64,000 nt of DNA. It comes from Vicinamibacterales bacterium. Lineage in GTDB: Bacteria; Acidobacteriota; Vicinamibacteria; Vicinamibacterales; UBA2999. Positions 63,181 through 64,000 of this stretch are shown one piece after another; the stretch's first letter is position 1, and each line of letters opens with the position of its first letter. The position numbers and the translations under genes were made by a program. The stretch is from the NCBI GenBank assembly GCA_036005125.1, contig DASYQV010000170.1, positions 2,407-66,406 on the forward strand, in the 5' to 3' direction. Under the pieces are notes generated by a model, which was not told where the DNA came from, did no database searches, and was given only the letters and a program-made list of their open reading frames with translations.

Positions 63181-64000
63181 GTACGTAGGCCGGCTCTTTA
63201 GTACTACTTTGTTAGATCCGAAGCTGAACTTCCCGCAATTTCAGCATCGTGTCGAGATAATGCGGATGCGTGACGAAGAAATGCGCCGTGAGAATCTCGG
63301 TGATCACCGCGCGCGCGACCGGCAGCGTCGGCAGGCGCGCACCGCGGCGTCCGCGTTCGTATTGCAGCCACGCGTAGGCCAAGGCCGTTAAGACGACATG
63401 CTTCTCCCAGCCCGGCAGCGAGCGGCCTTCGAAGTGATCGAGACCGAGTTCGTCTTTGAGCTCTTGGTACTGCTGCTCGATCGCCCAGCGCTGATGTGCC
63501 AACTGCACCAACTGCTGGAGCGAGGCCGTGACCGGCAGATTGACCAGATAGTACTTGGTGCGCGGCTGCGCGCCGAGGTCGCGTTCGCACAGCAGCCACA
63601 CTTCGGGCGCGAGCCGGCGTTGCCGCCAATCGTGGACCGGGGTGACGCGGATCGCGCAGAAGCGGGCGCGCCACGGGGGATTCGTCCCGTTGCGCCACGA
63701 GACGCGGCACCACTGCGGCGGCGCTTGTGTCGCGGCCCACGCGCGTGCCTCGATGGCCTGCGTGCCAGCCGGCAAGTGCGGGCGTGTACGTGGGCGTCCG
63801 GTGCGCGGTTGGTCCGTCGGGCCCTGCAACGCGGGCGTGCCGAGAAATACCTTCACATCGGACGCGACACCGAGCGCATACGGCAGCTGCGCGCGATGCA
63901 GCGTACGCCGGAACGTGGCGTTGTTGCCGAACTCGGCGTCGGCGAGGACCGCCGTGACCGTCAGGCCACTGGCGCGCACTTGCTGGAGGAGCGTCAGCGC
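63181..64000 (-). mobile_element. IS701/IS4-like insertion sequence, partial (continues past window end)
   Basis: Transposase ORF plus 31 bp beyond its stop. The proposed terminus GTACGTAGGCCGGCTCTTTAG at 63181 is shared with small repeats elsewhere in the window. Confidence 0.7.
63212..64000 (-). CDS. DDE transposase, IS701-like, C-terminal ~262 codons (5' end outside window)
   Basis: VLADAEFG....F........PYALGV, HQRWAIEQQYQELKDELGLDHFEGRSLPGWEKHV. The reading frame stays open to position 64000 (ALTLLQQVRASGLT...). Confidence 0.85.
   Translation of the reverse strand, partial: ALTLLQQVRASGLTVTAVLADAEFGNNATFRRTLHRAQLPYALGVASDVKVFLGTPALQGPTDQPRTGRPRTRPHLPAGTQAIEARAWAATQAPPQWCRVSWRNGTNPPWRARFCAIRVTPVHDWRQRRLAPEVWLLCERDLGAQPRTKYYLVNLPVTASLQQLVQLAHQRWAIEQQYQELKDELGLDHFEGRSLPGWEKHVVLTALAYAWLQYERGRRGARLPTLPVARAVITEILTAHFFVTHPHYLDTMLKLREVQLRI

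Overview
High-GC (roughly two-thirds G+C by eye) bacterial chromosomal segment, densely coding on both strands. From 1 to about 55.2 kb it is core housekeeping. Contents: a pfkA fragment, tRNA-Ala, a translationally coupled peptidoglycan recycling/synthesis operon (nagZ-ldcA-mpl-pxpBC-murB-murA), rpsP-KH-rimM-trmD-rplS-rnhB, ffh, ribD-ribE-ribBA, ftsY, gpsA, plsY, thpR, cinA, pgpA, ntrYX, nrdR, purC, groESL, two PolX-type genes, a secretin and lolA. From about 55.6 kb the content looks accessory: a tRNA 3' fragment, an orphan CheB-CheR-PAS protein, a ParE-type TA pair, a GDSL hydrolase, a PQQ-dehydrogenase remnant and a partial IS701-like transposase at the window edge. The most unusual property is not a gene. 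Nearly every intergenic spacer is filled by structured repeats of three kinds. (i) Palindromic arrays of tandem 7-nt units (GATTYGT/ACRAATC, GGTCAAA/TTTGACC, AATCAGG and locus-specific GC-rich heptamers) occur at about 16 loci, often touching or containing start/stop codons. (ii) A modular MITE-like family of nested hairpin modules includes a ~98-bp module that sits in-frame inside one gene and at the 5' end of another. (iii) REP-like palindromes and a GGCCGCATCTTTAGATGCGGCC hairpin family are present, and the flank of the latter matches the sequence 31 bp beyond the IS transposase stop. No CRISPR array, rRNA or prophage was seen. All product calls come from motif recognition on the supplied translations and hand folding; no database search or folding program was run. 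The taxonomic origin is not determinable here (an Acidobacteriota-like guess would be inference only).
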